Source: Eledone cirrhosa (taxonomy: Eukaryota). Taken from it: a DNA stretch of 64,000 bases. Where the stretch lies: contig OZ024746.1 in the NCBI GenBank assembly GCA_964016885.1, positions 32,984,001-33,048,000 of the forward strand, given 5' to 3'. Below, piece by piece: positions 51,537 through 64,000 of this stretch. The first letter of the stretch is position 1. Each line of letters begins with the position of its first letter. A program made the position numbers and the translations under genes. Under the pieces are notes generated by a model, which made no database searches, was not told the origin of the DNA, and saw only the letters and a list, made by a program, of their open reading frames with translations.

Positions 51537-52289
51537 GTATGAATGTATGTATGTGTGTATGTATGTGTGTGTACATGAATATATATTTATATATTTTTAT
51601 ATGTGTGTGTGTTTTTATGTGTGTATATGTGTTTGTGTGTGTGTTTATGGTTGCGCGTAAGTGTGTGAGTGAGTATGTGTTTTTTTGTTTTTCTGTGAAT
51701 GTGTCTGTTGATTTTTGGCATATAGTTGATTAGTTTAAGAGAAGTTCGAAGATAATAGTAAGATATGCACTCAGTATTTTGAATCTGTCTGCAGAATTCT
51801 CTAGACCTTTGTCACTTAGTAGAACCTTAATGATTTTAGCTTTTAAAGAATCTCCCTTTTCTTTAATTCTATCGACCATGACTGACCCCCCACTGATTTT
51901 ATAGACATCTGTTAGCTTAAGAGAAACTTAATGACAAGGAATGGTATGCCATCCGGAACCTGTTTATAGAATTCTGTCTGCCCTTGTTACTCTAAAAACA
52001 TAAATAAATAAAAATAAAAATAAACTATAGCTTTGTAGAATTAGCTTTTAATGAATTCCCTTTTCTATCAACCAATGACCTGCACCCATCCCACTCCTCA
52101 CCCTCTCCTACCACTTGTAGAGACCTATAAATACCATATTTATTTTTTGATACCCAGATTCCTGATGATTTCTAATGAATGAAACAGTTCTAGTCCTGTA
52201 GAATCTCATCTATATTAAAACTTTTATACTCTGCTATGTATTGAGTACCTTACTTACTGTGGTTACCTCCGATTCAACCCGGAATAACG
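50899..52289 (+). mobile_element. Penelope-like inverted pseudo-LTR pair with ~840-bp spacer and tail
   Basis: ~243-bp arms (50899-51141 / 51981-52223), tail 52224-52289, canonical hammerhead in both arms. Confidence 0.8.
52156..52206 (+). ncRNA. Canonical type I hammerhead ribozyme (mirror copy at 50916-50966, - strand)
   Basis: AGATTC-CTGATGA-TTTC TAAT GAAT-GAAA-CAG TTCTAGTC CTG-TA-GAATCT. Stems I, II and III all pair; predicted cleavage after GUA at 52200. Confidence 0.88.
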
Positions 52290-52319
52290 TATATTTATAT
52301 ATATATATATATATATTTA

Positions 52320-52500
52320 AATGTATTAGGATTGGTGCCCTGAAATAGCGATGTATACATGAATGTATGTATAGTATATTTGGCAATATACCGTATAAAG
52401 AAGTAAATGACATAGTGACTACTTTAAAACTGATAGCGTATGGTCTTCTAAATGTTTCTAATTAAACATACGGTATATTGCCAAATATACTGTACATACA

Positions 52501-52505
<5 letters not shown>
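52320..52505. repeat. Short inverted repeat (38-bp arms) in (TA)n
   Basis: 52359-52396 and 52468-52505 are near-perfect reverse complements. Confidence 0.7.
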
Positions 52506-52541
<36 letters not shown>

Positions 52542-52700
52542 ACTAAAAATTGATTAACATATAAATATACATGAATAATCACAGGAGATAATTTTTGCCC
52601 GCTTAATTTCCAGGATATATGGCGCATGCCTTATGACATGACACCCACAATTTCGATTTAGATTAAATTCATTTAATTTATTTTATCTTAATTTTGGATT

Positions 52701-52766
<66 letters not shown>

Positions 52767-52770
<4 letters not shown>

Positions 52771-53805
52771 AGGTTTGATGGTCTTTTGTCTCTTGTTCAC
52801 GATTTCACAGAGTTTATATTCATAGAGATCTGGGACTTGTCTATTTCTACTCACTTTCCGTTGCTAAAACTTTTTTGTTGTTACTCTGGCGTCCTCCTTT
52901 ATTTACGTGTCCCAACGACTTTTTTTAGCAGTTGTTCGCACCAACCCGAGGCATATGGCCCTTAAAGCGATGAAATGCCCAGGACGGTTGGAGGGTCACT
53001 GATGAAGGACTCACTTTTTCATATGTATCCCATTTGCAACGCCGCAGCTCCATTATTATCATATTTACACATATATTTTTTCCATGCTGCCTTTCGTGTT
53101 TCGTTTGTATCTTTACCCCTTCTAGCAGTCTCTCTCTCTCTGTTAGCCTCCTCCTCAACTTTCACTCACTCATTCTCTGTCACTACCTCTCCTCCTCCTC
53201 TTTCCTCCTCCTCCTTCAAGTTTGACCTGTGTGTAATTCTTTTCTCGCGCGGTCTTGACCGAGCTGGTATGGAATTTTTTTCTCTCTCTCTTTCGTCTGC
53301 GACTTCACAAAACTTGCGTTTACCGAATTCGTAGACCAGACCCCTTTATCTTCTTCTTCTTCTTCTTCTTCTTCTTCTTCTTCTTCTTCTTCTTCTTCTT
53401 CTTCTTCTTCTTCTTCTTCTTCTTCTTCTTCTTCTTCTTCTTCTTCTTCTTCTTCTTCTTCTTCTTCTTCTTCTTCTTCCTCTTCTCTCCTTTTTCTCTC
53501 TATCTTTTCCCCCCCCCGTCAAACTTGGGCGAAATTCTTTCCTTGCTCACATTTCAACCAGGTTTGATGGTCTTTTGTCTCTTGTTCACGATTTCACAGA
53601 GTTTATATTCATAGAGATCTGGGACTTGTCTATTTCTACTCACTTTCCGTTGCTAAAACTTTTTTGTTGTTACTCTGGCGTCCCCCTTTATTTACGTGTC
53701 CCAACGACTTTTTTTAGCCGTTGTTCGCACCAACCCGAGGCATATGGCCCTTTAAGCGATGAAATGCCCAGGACGGTTGGAGGGTCACTGATGAAGGACT
53801 CACTT

Positions 53806-53813
<8 letters not shown>
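52767..53813 (+). repeat. 258-bp direct repeats flanking a ~530-bp non-coding (TTC)n-containing spacer, inside (TA)n
   Basis: 52767-53024 and 53556-53813 are near-identical; each ends ..GTCACTGATGAAGGACTCACTTTTTCATAT. Confidence 0.85.
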
Positions 53814-53884
<71 letters not shown>

Positions 53885-53988
53885 ATCCCGAAAAAAATTA
53901 CGAAGCGGCCGTTGTTAAAAAAGGTACTCAAAACGTTATTAGAGTATACACATATTCATTTTATTATATCATATAATAAAATGAATAT

Positions 53989-54171
53989 GCGGTGGATTGG
54001 CAGTATCGGTAGAGGGTCGAACGCCATGCTTTCCAGCATAGTTACGTCCCTTTACGATCTGAGTTCAAATCCCGCCGAGGTTGACTTTACCTTTCATCCT
54101 TACGGGGTCGATAAAATAAAGTACCAGTAATGCACTGGGTAATTGCTGGCCTTGTGCCTAAAGTAGAAACA
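53989..54171 (+). mobile_element. SINE family 1, 15-bp TSD
   Basis: ATTATATCATATAAT at 53963-53977 and 54172-54186. Confidence 0.9.
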
Positions 54172-55689
54172 ATTATATCATATAATGGTTTCTTACGAAT
54201 GAAACAGTTCTAGTCCTGTAGAAGTCATTTTATAATAGAATGAATATTATGCATATGTGTGTGTGTGAGTGTTTATGTGTGTATGTATGTTATGTAGTGT
54301 AGTTTATTTTGGTAAAGAATATCTGAAGTCGAGAGAACATTGAAATTATGGAAAGTGTTTGTAGTGTACACAGCTGTATTACACTAACTTATATCATTGA
54401 ATTTGAATTACTTATGCTAGAATTCCTGCTTACATCTTTCATCGAGAATAGATTATAGTTCGTCAGCTGATTATGACGCCATATGATAATAACCACAGGT
54501 ATTTTCTTAAAATATAAAAGTGCTATAAGAGATAAAAGATGAAGAAATAAATAGTGAGATCGCTGTAGATATTAATAAGTTGTAAGGTAAAAGCCGTGGA
54601 GGCAATTTGGTAGTTAGAGGAATATAAGAAATTTGACTTTGAAAAACTAAAGAGAACTAAATATTTAAGGCAGAAAAAAAGCATAGTGGAGTTTGTGTTT
54701 GTAAAAGAGTGACCGTATAGAAGTGATTTGGAGATATCACTGTCCACCACCTGCCGCCCGTTCTCTAACGGAAGAACTCTGCCAAGAAAAGTACTACATC
54801 TGATAAATATAGATTACTACATTTAATTTGGGTTTTCTATGTTAATTGGTATTTTAAAAGTGAAAGCCGTGTATACATAGCTGTAGGCGACTTTTGGGAA
54901 ACACACGAAATCCGGATTTACCAGTTGGATCCTCCATATATTATGAGGATACTAAGAGGCGGTCGCGTAATTGTGCGTAGCCTCGATGTTAGATTAGAAG
55001 CAAGTTCACTTGATTAAGCATTTTGCATCACTAGATTTGTAAATGGTTGTAGCGATCCGGAGGATCGGATCTGTTGAACACATGCAAACAGATACGTCCC
55101 AAACATCTATGAAGTGAAGGCATCATTCGACCGGCCGGGATAGAGCAAATATAAGATGCCGGACTGCCAAAAAAGAACACGAATACGGGTGATTTTATCG
55201 AAATTATCAACTTGATAATTCCGATAACTACACAATTTTAGGTTCCGTTTAAGATCGACGAAATAAAATTCGTGCTTGTCGACAATAGTCGGATCGCGAG
55301 CGTATAGACAGAGAGCACGTATAAAGTTTTTTTTTCACGACAAACTTCATCACATGCAATACATCGTAATGAGGACAGAAAAATAAACATGGCTTCGATG
55401 TTGCTCTGTTTTCAGTAAATCAAACAAATGTTTGAACTAACCAGCAACAACATATCAACAGCAAAAAAACAAAAAAACAAAAAAAACACGAGAAAAACTG
55501 CGGCGGTGGCGGCGCCGAAAGACCTTTCTCTCAAAGCTAGATAAGGAAGTAAGCAAATATATATTTACATATTGAAATATGTAAATATGAATTGACATGT
55601 TATGAACGTTTTTAATAGACAGAATTCTATTAGACTAGTATTCTGAAGATAAATGTCATGTCTATTTCCTTATTTTTTTTTTTATTATG

Positions 55690-55729
<40 letters not shown>

Positions 55730-55838
55730 ACATACACACGCACTATATATATATATATGGACTATATATATATATATATATAAACACATACACACGCATA
55801 TATGTAAATATATCTATATACGTACATAGCACACACGC

Positions 55839-56004
<166 letters not shown>

Positions 56005-56046
56005 TTTTTAAGGACACCCTGTATATATATATGTATATGTGTGTGC

Positions 56047-56079
<33 letters not shown>

Positions 56080-56107
56080 CACATCTCTCTATATATATAT
56101 ATACACA

Positions 56108-56196
<89 letters not shown>

Positions 56197-56209
56197 CTAT
56201 ATTAAAACA

Positions 56210-56249
<40 letters not shown>

Positions 56250-56774
56250 TGTACATCGATAAACATTCATGCATATACACGCACATACACAGGCGCTCAT
56301 ATATTTGAGTATATTGTATTTTCCTAGGATTGTCTCTTTAACCGTCTACATATTAATTACATATATCTCGATGTAAATTGTAGAATTAATGCTGAAGATA
56401 TATAATACATCATCCTACTCTATCTTAGATTTTTTTCAACTGTAGGAAATAAAAGAAAAAGAAATATCAATTTCCTTTTTTCCTCTCATCCCTCCACAAA
56501 AGGGAAACATAGCGATAGTTTTCATTTCCTATTTGCTCGGGCGACCGAAAATTTATTTGCCAGATTTTTTCCAACTCTATGTTATCTCTCTCCCCCATCC
56601 CGCACCCAAAAAAGGAAGAAATAACCTCTTCTACGTTTTATTAAATCTTCTTAGATAACCCCGCCCGTCTGTCTGATATATTCGTGTCAAACCTGAATGA
56701 TCATTGCATATATATATACGCTTCTGGTAAATGGTAGATGTTGAATGGTTACTTGTAAAATTGTGTTGCTATTA

Positions 56775-56958
56775 ATAGTTTCTACGTTAGACACAAGGCC
56801 AGCAATTACCCAGTGCATTACTGGTACTTTATTTTATCGACCCCGTAAGGATGAAAGGCAAAGTCAACCTCAGCAGGATTTGAACTCAGATCGTAAAGGG
56901 ACGTAAGTATGCTGGAAAGCATGGCGTCCGGCCCTCTACCGATACTGCCAATCCACAT
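56775..56958 (-). mobile_element. SINE family 1
   Basis: Reverse complement of the consensus; an older + strand copy follows at ~56985-57140. Confidence 0.85.
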
Positions 56959-58149
56959 GGAAATAAGTGTGGTGCATTGAAGATATCGGTAGAGCAACAA
57001 TCAACATGTTTTGTGGCATTGGGATACGTTCCTTTATGTTCTGTATTAAAATCACGCCGAGGTTAGCTTTGTCTTTCATCCTTACGGGGTCAGTAAAATA
57101 AAGTACCAGTTACGCACTGAGCCAGATTTAATCGACTTCCTCTTCGTGTCTATATGTATATTTTTGTGGTTATATTTTTGGAATTTCTTTACAATAGAGA
57201 AACAAAAGGCTATATCTTTAGAATTTGGATAACACAAGCAAGACAGGCTTGCATATGTCTTATATATTTTGGCCTAAGCATAAAAGTGCATGAGTATGTG
57301 TGTTTGTGTGAATATTTGCGCTTCATCTTATGTAAAAAATCCTGTTTGTATGTCTCTAAGTGTGTATATGCATAGATTACAGGTCCATTGTCTGAAATAT
57401 TTTAAATGGTTTTACATAAATGGCGTCAATTATAAGAGAAAAATATCTTTTTCTAATTTAGACACAAGGCCAACAATTTGCAGCAGAGGTCGAATAATAT
57501 TAGATCGATTCCAGGTTTTGTATGGTATTTAATTTATATCGACTTCGAAAAAACAGAAAACAAATTAGATCACAGTGTTATTTGAACTCATTACATAAAG
57601 AGTATTTTTCCACGTACCTGCCAAATACACTTTAATAATGATTTCTGGTTTAGGCACAAAGTCAGCACAAATCAATTTTAATAATAATAACGGTTCCTGT
57701 CTCTTATAAATGCAATTTTAATACTCCTCATGGTTCATACACTATGCTCGGATAAATATGAAATACATCCATTTCTCCATGTAAAAAACAAACAAACAAA
57801 AGAAAAATGATTAAAGAATCTTAAACCTTATCTTCTCCACCTATTTAATCCCTTTCTGAAACCTGGCAAATGAAACTAACATACTTTATAAATCATATAT
57901 CTAAATATAAGACTCTCTCTGTTATATGGATGACATTATCTAGCTGCAGGAATATATCTATAATATGATTATGATTTCAATGAAGATATAAAAATAAGCA
58001 AAGAACAATAGAAGTGCACTAAATCGAAAATGGGATTAATGATATTAATATTCTTCAGAACAGCTATAAATTAAATACGATAAATACAGTAGTAAAAATA
58101 CTACTAATAAATTTTAAACAATAACCACCATGACTTTTGCATATAATAA

Positions 58150-58692
58150 TGATTTTGTATTGATCAGACAGGGTTGACATCAAGAAAACATTAAAGATGG
58201 TATATGACGGCACAGGACGAAACAACAGGTTTTCGTTTTTTGCGTAAACATTGCTAACAGCAAACAACAAACACGTAGAAAAAAAATCAAAGTAACCCCT
58301 CCCACCCAATTGTGGGAGACATACGAGGGTCTCTAGTGATGAACATACACAAAATGCCACGACCACTTGAACACTAAAGCAATATCCGTCTCCTAGTTAT
58401 CTTCCTCAAATTTACAGGCACACACGCATGGTAGGGCCTTTCACTCGGACCTTGATGATCATTCGCATCCATGTTGAAAACAAAAGAGCTTGAAGGCAGC
58501 ACTTCTCTCTCCACCCTGTTCAAGTGAAAATAAAAACAGAAAATCAGGATTTCGCTGAAGGAGAAAGTGCCTGTCTTCAACGCATTCAACCAGACCACCA
58601 CACAACCACTTTTGTCATGGCCACCACACCGAAGAAAACTGCCTATTTGCTACGACTAAGGAAGGGTGTTATCTTCACGATAGACTCAGTTG
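58150..58692 (-). mobile_element. Old Tx1-like 3' remnant
   Basis: VVAMTK..VVW..LKT..FHL.RVEREVL and a 3'UTR with GACGGCACAGGACG like Tx1-B; its 3' end abuts ATAATAAT. Confidence 0.65.
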
Positions 58693-59762
58693 ATGCGTAA
58701 AGTGTTGTATAGTCATATGCTTTATCAAGATAAGTAGAGAGGAAAATATTTCAAGGCTCCATATAATGTTCCATTAATGGAAAATAAAAACTATATCAGA
58801 TACATTTTGCACCTAACCAAGTACAGCTGATCAATAAAAGTGAAATGTTTAGCCATGCGGACAATACCATCAAACCATCATGTAGGACATTGGTTGACAA
58901 TGTTGAAAATCGAGGATGCAAAGTGTAATTTTTAGAATTCATTTATTAATACAGTAAAGAGATCAAATGATGATCGTAACAATAATGTAGATGATAGTGA
59001 TAACATTGATTTAAAAAAAAACATAACTGATTTATTGAAGAATAATAATGTTAATAGTGGAAATATTCTACAATCGAATATCGTGATAGCCTGTTGAGTC
59101 ATGTTTCTTGGTGGGAATTAATATGACCTTTTCTGCCTAGTTGATACCACTTTGTTCCTGTAAAAACTGAATTAATCTTTGAAGCTACACGCATCAATAG
59201 CAGTTTACGAACATACAGGAAAGAGATTAAAATATATCCTATCAATGACACACAATCTGTTTGAAAATACTTTTGGAAATATAAGCATAGATTAAGGGAT
59301 GTTGTAAGCAATATGCATTGGTAATTTACAAATCTAAACATTTCAATATCCAGTGATATAACGTAGGCAACCGAGTACTTAGGCGCATGAATATTTGCAA
59401 TAAAGATATGTAATTTACCTTAAAAAAGGCAGAAATCACCAACATGAATATGCAAATGGATTTGTAATTTAAAACATAGAATTTATACATTACATGGTGA
59501 AGGAGTTGCAATTATTCATACGAGAGCAGAATGATAATTAATGTTTACCTAAGTTTTCAACAAACAAAACTGCAAAGACACGAAACCTTAAAAATAAAAA
59601 TAAACCTAAAAAAGTGAACCCTCTTTAAATAGTAGACGAAAAAATATAGTATTAGACAAAAATGTTTATCTGAAACATATAAATATAGAAGTTCATAACA
59701 TACTCATATAAACATTTTAGAAACCCATTTATGGAAGCCTTTTTATTGTTAATACATCATTA

Positions 59763-60040
59763 TTACGGGGTCGATAAAATAAAGTACCAGTAATGCACTG
59801 GGTAATTTTCTGGCCTTGTGCCTAAAGTAGAAACAATTATTTTATAGAATATAGGGCGGTGGATTGGCAGTATCGGTAAGGGTCGGACGCCATGCTTTGA
59901 AGCATAGAGTTACCTCCCTTTATGATCTGAGTTCAAATCCCACCGAGGTTAACTTTGCCTTTCATCCTTACGGGGTCGATAAAATAAAGTACCAGTAATG
60001 CACTGGGATAATTGCTGGCCTTGTGCCAAAAGTAGAAACA
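59763..60040 (+). mobile_element. Tandem SINE family 1: a 3' fragment (59763-59834) followed by a full copy (59854-60039) inserted at its tail
   Basis: TSD AATTATTTTATAGAA at 59835-59849 and 60040-60054. Confidence 0.88.
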
Positions 60041-60981
60041 ATTATTTTATAGAAGAATATGTATACCAACATCCCCAGCTGAATACAGCCGTGGTTTAAA
60101 CTGTTTGGGGAAATAGATATTTCCTGGAAATTACAAGATAAACAACTATAGTCATTGTCCGACTATGCTGCCAAGGAAACACCTGCATCATCTAGAATAA
60201 AGTACAGTTGACTATTTATTATATTTCTCAAGAGCACACGAATACAAATGACTTCACTGTTGTTTGATGATTGTCTGTAAGCATCGCTCTCCAAAATATT
60301 ATCGAAAATCGCAATCAACCATTTACGAAAAAAACAAAAACCTGAATGTGAAATGGGTGTACTGCACATATCTTAAGGGCCAACTGAGCACGATTTCGTT
60401 AACAGGATAGAACTGTTTTATGACAAAGAATGCCATCATGTGCCTGGAGTAATTAGAAGCATGCCCTTTGTTCGGTTCTACATAGTTGAATTATAAAAAT
60501 ACTGGAAGTATATCAAATTGATGACAGCATGGGGACTTTAAATAAAAGGTTGCAGACAGTTCTTTCGCTCACCAACCAGAAAATTAGTGTAGTTATCAGC
60601 AACACAGAAATATCTGTATGCTATGTTTGTTATAAAACTAATAAAACTAGCCAATTTGAAATACTACAAAGAGAGCGCGAGAAACAGTTTATTTTCCATC
60701 CCCTCTACATGGAGGACTAAAGGTTATTTATAATGATTGCTCCCTTGCTTGAGAATGCATTGTTAAGGGGTTTAAAAAGAAGGTAATCTTTTATTTGGCT
60801 TGTAGAAATATACTTGGAGATAAATACTGGTCTAAGCACTAAATACTTCGCGCCATCCAATTGCAAATGTTTCGAGAATTTCATATGTCCACGTACAAAC
60901 ATCTATCTACCTCTAAAGCTTTACCAGAGCTAGTGAGCGAGTGAACGGGAGAGAGATAGAGATAGCTAGCTAGATAAATAG

Positions 60982-61013
<32 letters not shown>

Positions 61014-61923
61014 TGAGTGAGTAAAAGAGAACTGAATGATAAGTAATTTCCAATGGTGCTATTAACGTTATAATTGAGAACATAGTTCGACAAAATGGAT
61101 GTAATTGCATCTATAAGGAATTGCAGCGAACAAATAAAAACCTCGTGGAAGTTAAGAAGTTCATCTAATCAGCTTATTGATACAATTAGTGTCATACACA
61201 AACATTTCTGTGAGGTCATTGATACTTCCCCATAAGGACATTTATGGGCAGCTTCCACAAAAGAACAACAGTTATATTTCAAAATATTTTTCGGGCATTC
61301 TACTTCATAACCTGTGTTAGCCAAGGTCATATTGTTCAACCACGAACTACTGACACACTTCTCAAAACATGAGACGGTAAATAGGTCAAAATGGACATAG
61401 ATTTATTGTAGTGAACACAGAAATGTTAAGGAGGGAAACGAATCCTGAAACAAAAGTCAATTCTCAGAATGAAATTTAGATATATTAAAATCAAATTCAT
61501 ACAATATATACATTTAAGAATATAAGTATATATTTTTGTTGTCTCTATGAATCTATATATCTATCTATACTTCTAGTTATCTGTCTGTCATTGTGTATGA
61601 AGGGACAAGAGAGACAGAGTCATATATGTGTTGTGCTCGTGTTTATTTGCAGACATTCTTCCCTGAAGAAGTGTGGAATATGTGTTATTGAAAAGAAATC
61701 ATACATACCGACACATAGTTTCACATACCTTCACACACACATAGCTAAACAGACACACATGCACACATAGATGTTTATAAATACAGACAAGACACTATCC
61801 CAACATTCTTAACTTTTTCCAATCCCCACAAAATGCTTTTAAGTTGATGAAGCAAAGAAGATAAAATACATTATTTTAAAAAAAGGATTAAACACCACAT
61901 AATATAAACGCACTTACAGACAG

Positions 61924-62004
<81 letters not shown>

Positions 62005-62538
62005 CATATATATGTACATATAAAACTTTATAATGTATGTATATCCATCTATACAGAGAGGTACACGGATACGTAAATACATACACATATTCATGAATAT
62101 ATGTATATATATACATGTATGTAGAGACACAAGCGCACACAGATGCCTGCTTGTACACAAGATTAAGATATACATAGGATTTAATAAAAAAAAAAAGCAG
62201 TCTGAACAATCATTAAGTAAGATAACATCAACATTATTGACAACAACAACAACAAAGAACAAGTATAACAACAAGATTAACATTAAAATATAAAAAAAGC
62301 ACCAATAACTAATAAAATTACAAACATTAGATGTTTGGTAATTTTTGTAGTGGCAAATACTAAGTAATGGAGTGTAGTACAATTTTTCCTAGTTGTAGGA
62401 AAACTTATAAAATCACTTGAATAATTTGATTGAAATTCACTTTAAAGTCAAACATTATGAACACATGGTTATGCATACGTACACACAGAACGATACGCAC
62501 ACACATATACACACATATATATATATATGTACATACAC

Positions 62539-62604
<66 letters not shown>

Positions 62605-62953
62605 GAGTCTTTGTATGTATGTGTGTGAAGATTCCAATTTGTTAAAAACGTAGTGTAATTACAAACTCTCCTTCTATTATATAATTACAGTAAAAGGGGG
62701 TTTATATGTATTTTTTCAGTTCTTTAATCTTTCTTAAAACATTACATACTAAAGCAGGGAAGAATTTACGCAGCAATCATACAGAAGACCTTACATAAAT
62801 ACATACATAGATATATGCATACATACATATATACAAACATACATACACATATGTTAATGTTGGCGATCGGCTCCTTCCGAACTCATTTGAAATGTGAAAA
62901 AAAAATGCATACACACATTTCTTATATTCTCTTATCTATCTATCTATCTATCT

Positions 62954-64000
62954 CAGCAGCCGCATCTGCTCTAGGGTCAAGGTGAACGGCTACCTCTCGG
63001 AGCCGTTCAAAATCGCGCGGTCCATCCGACAGGGGTGCCCTCTCTCCTCCCTTCTGTATGTGTTGACTCTCGAGCCACTACTGCGGAAGTTGGAGTTGTT
63101 GCAGGGCATCCCTTTGGAACCGGGATTGCGGAAAGCGGTGTCGGCCTACGCCGATGACGTGACAGTAATGGTGTCGACGGCCTCCGAAATCGAGGCGGTC
63201 GGCACCTTACTGGAGGAGTACGAAAAGTTCACAGGGGCTAAGCTGAACCGGGACAAGTCGATCGGTTTGCAACTCGGCACGTGGAGGGGCAGACCGATGC
63301 CCTCCGATGGCGTCGTCGGACGCTGGACGGAGGGCCCGGTGAAGTTGCTCGGGGTCTGGTTCGGACCGGACCTCCAGGTGGAGAAAAACTGGGCGGAGGT
63401 TACGAACAGGGTGTTTGCACTGACCCAGAAGTGGGCCAGTTGCAAACTATCCCTGAAAGGTCGGGCGGAGGTGGCGAACACCTACATAGCGTCCGTCATC
63501 TACTACCGCCTGACCGTAGTGCCCTGCCCAAGGGAAACCCTCACCAAGATGGAGCGCGCGCTCTTCCAATTCCTTTGGAAGAGGCGGGCTCCTATGGTGA
63601 GGAGATCCATCTGCTGTCAACACCCTTCGAAAGGAGGGCTGGGGATGCCGTGGCTAATGATGCGTAAACACGCATTAAGGCTACGGCACCTCTACGTATT
63701 CCTCACCGGACAACCGGTGTGGGCCTCGTTTGTGAGGCGAACCTTTCCCAGACTCGTCTCACTCACCGAGCTGCAATCCTGGGTCAAGCAAAGACCGAGA
63801 AAACTGGGCGCCTGGCACACTGAGTGTGCCCAGGCGCTCACCGCCCTCTGGCAGGCGGATCCGGTTATCAGTGGAGACTCCACCGCAACATTCTATAGAG
63901 GGCTGGTACGCAGCAGGTGCGACGACGCCCTCGGAGAAGCCCTAGACATGGAGGAGGACGAACTGGCCAGCCTGTTCGGTAGGACATTCAGCCCGGGACC
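62954..64000 (+). mobile_element. 5'-truncated Tx1-like element of a third lineage (Tx1-C); open RT frame runs off the window end
   Basis: Hand translation: RVKVNGYLSEPF..SIRQGCPLSSLLYVLTLEP..AYADDV..GVWFGPDLQ..LSLKGRAEVAN..GGLGMPWLMMR; starts directly after (TATC)n at 62933-62953. Confidence 0.9.

Noticed and set aside
60130-60480. Possible DNA-transposon or exon remnant
   Set aside because: No motif I can recognise in any frame.

Overview
AT-rich animal genomic DNA, most likely octopus/cephalopod (inferred from the tRNA-derived SINE families and the extreme (TA)n/(CA)n/(AAT)n load). I found no host protein-coding exon I can support; the window is almost all retroelements. Main structure: a ~13.5 kb array (5921-19399) in which two unrelated non-LTR clades are stacked in one (AAT)n microsatellite with opposite polarity. 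R4/Dong-like RLE elements lie on the AAT strand (one intact 1130-aa ORF). Tx1-like APE elements lie on the ATT strand (one intact two-ORF copy). A second full-length Tx1 copy (19724-25625) has a near-identical ORF2 but a different 5'UTR/ORF1. The abundant SINE shares with Tx1 a 3' stem-loop (CUUGU loop, covarying stem, exactly 16 nt before the ATTAT tail), and its target-site duplications begin ATTAT, which suggests a SINE-Tx1 partnership. (TA)n tracts instead hold many short Penelope-like fold-back insertions carrying hammerhead ribozyme motifs. A third Tx1 lineage abuts (TATC)n. All alignments and identities were judged by eye.
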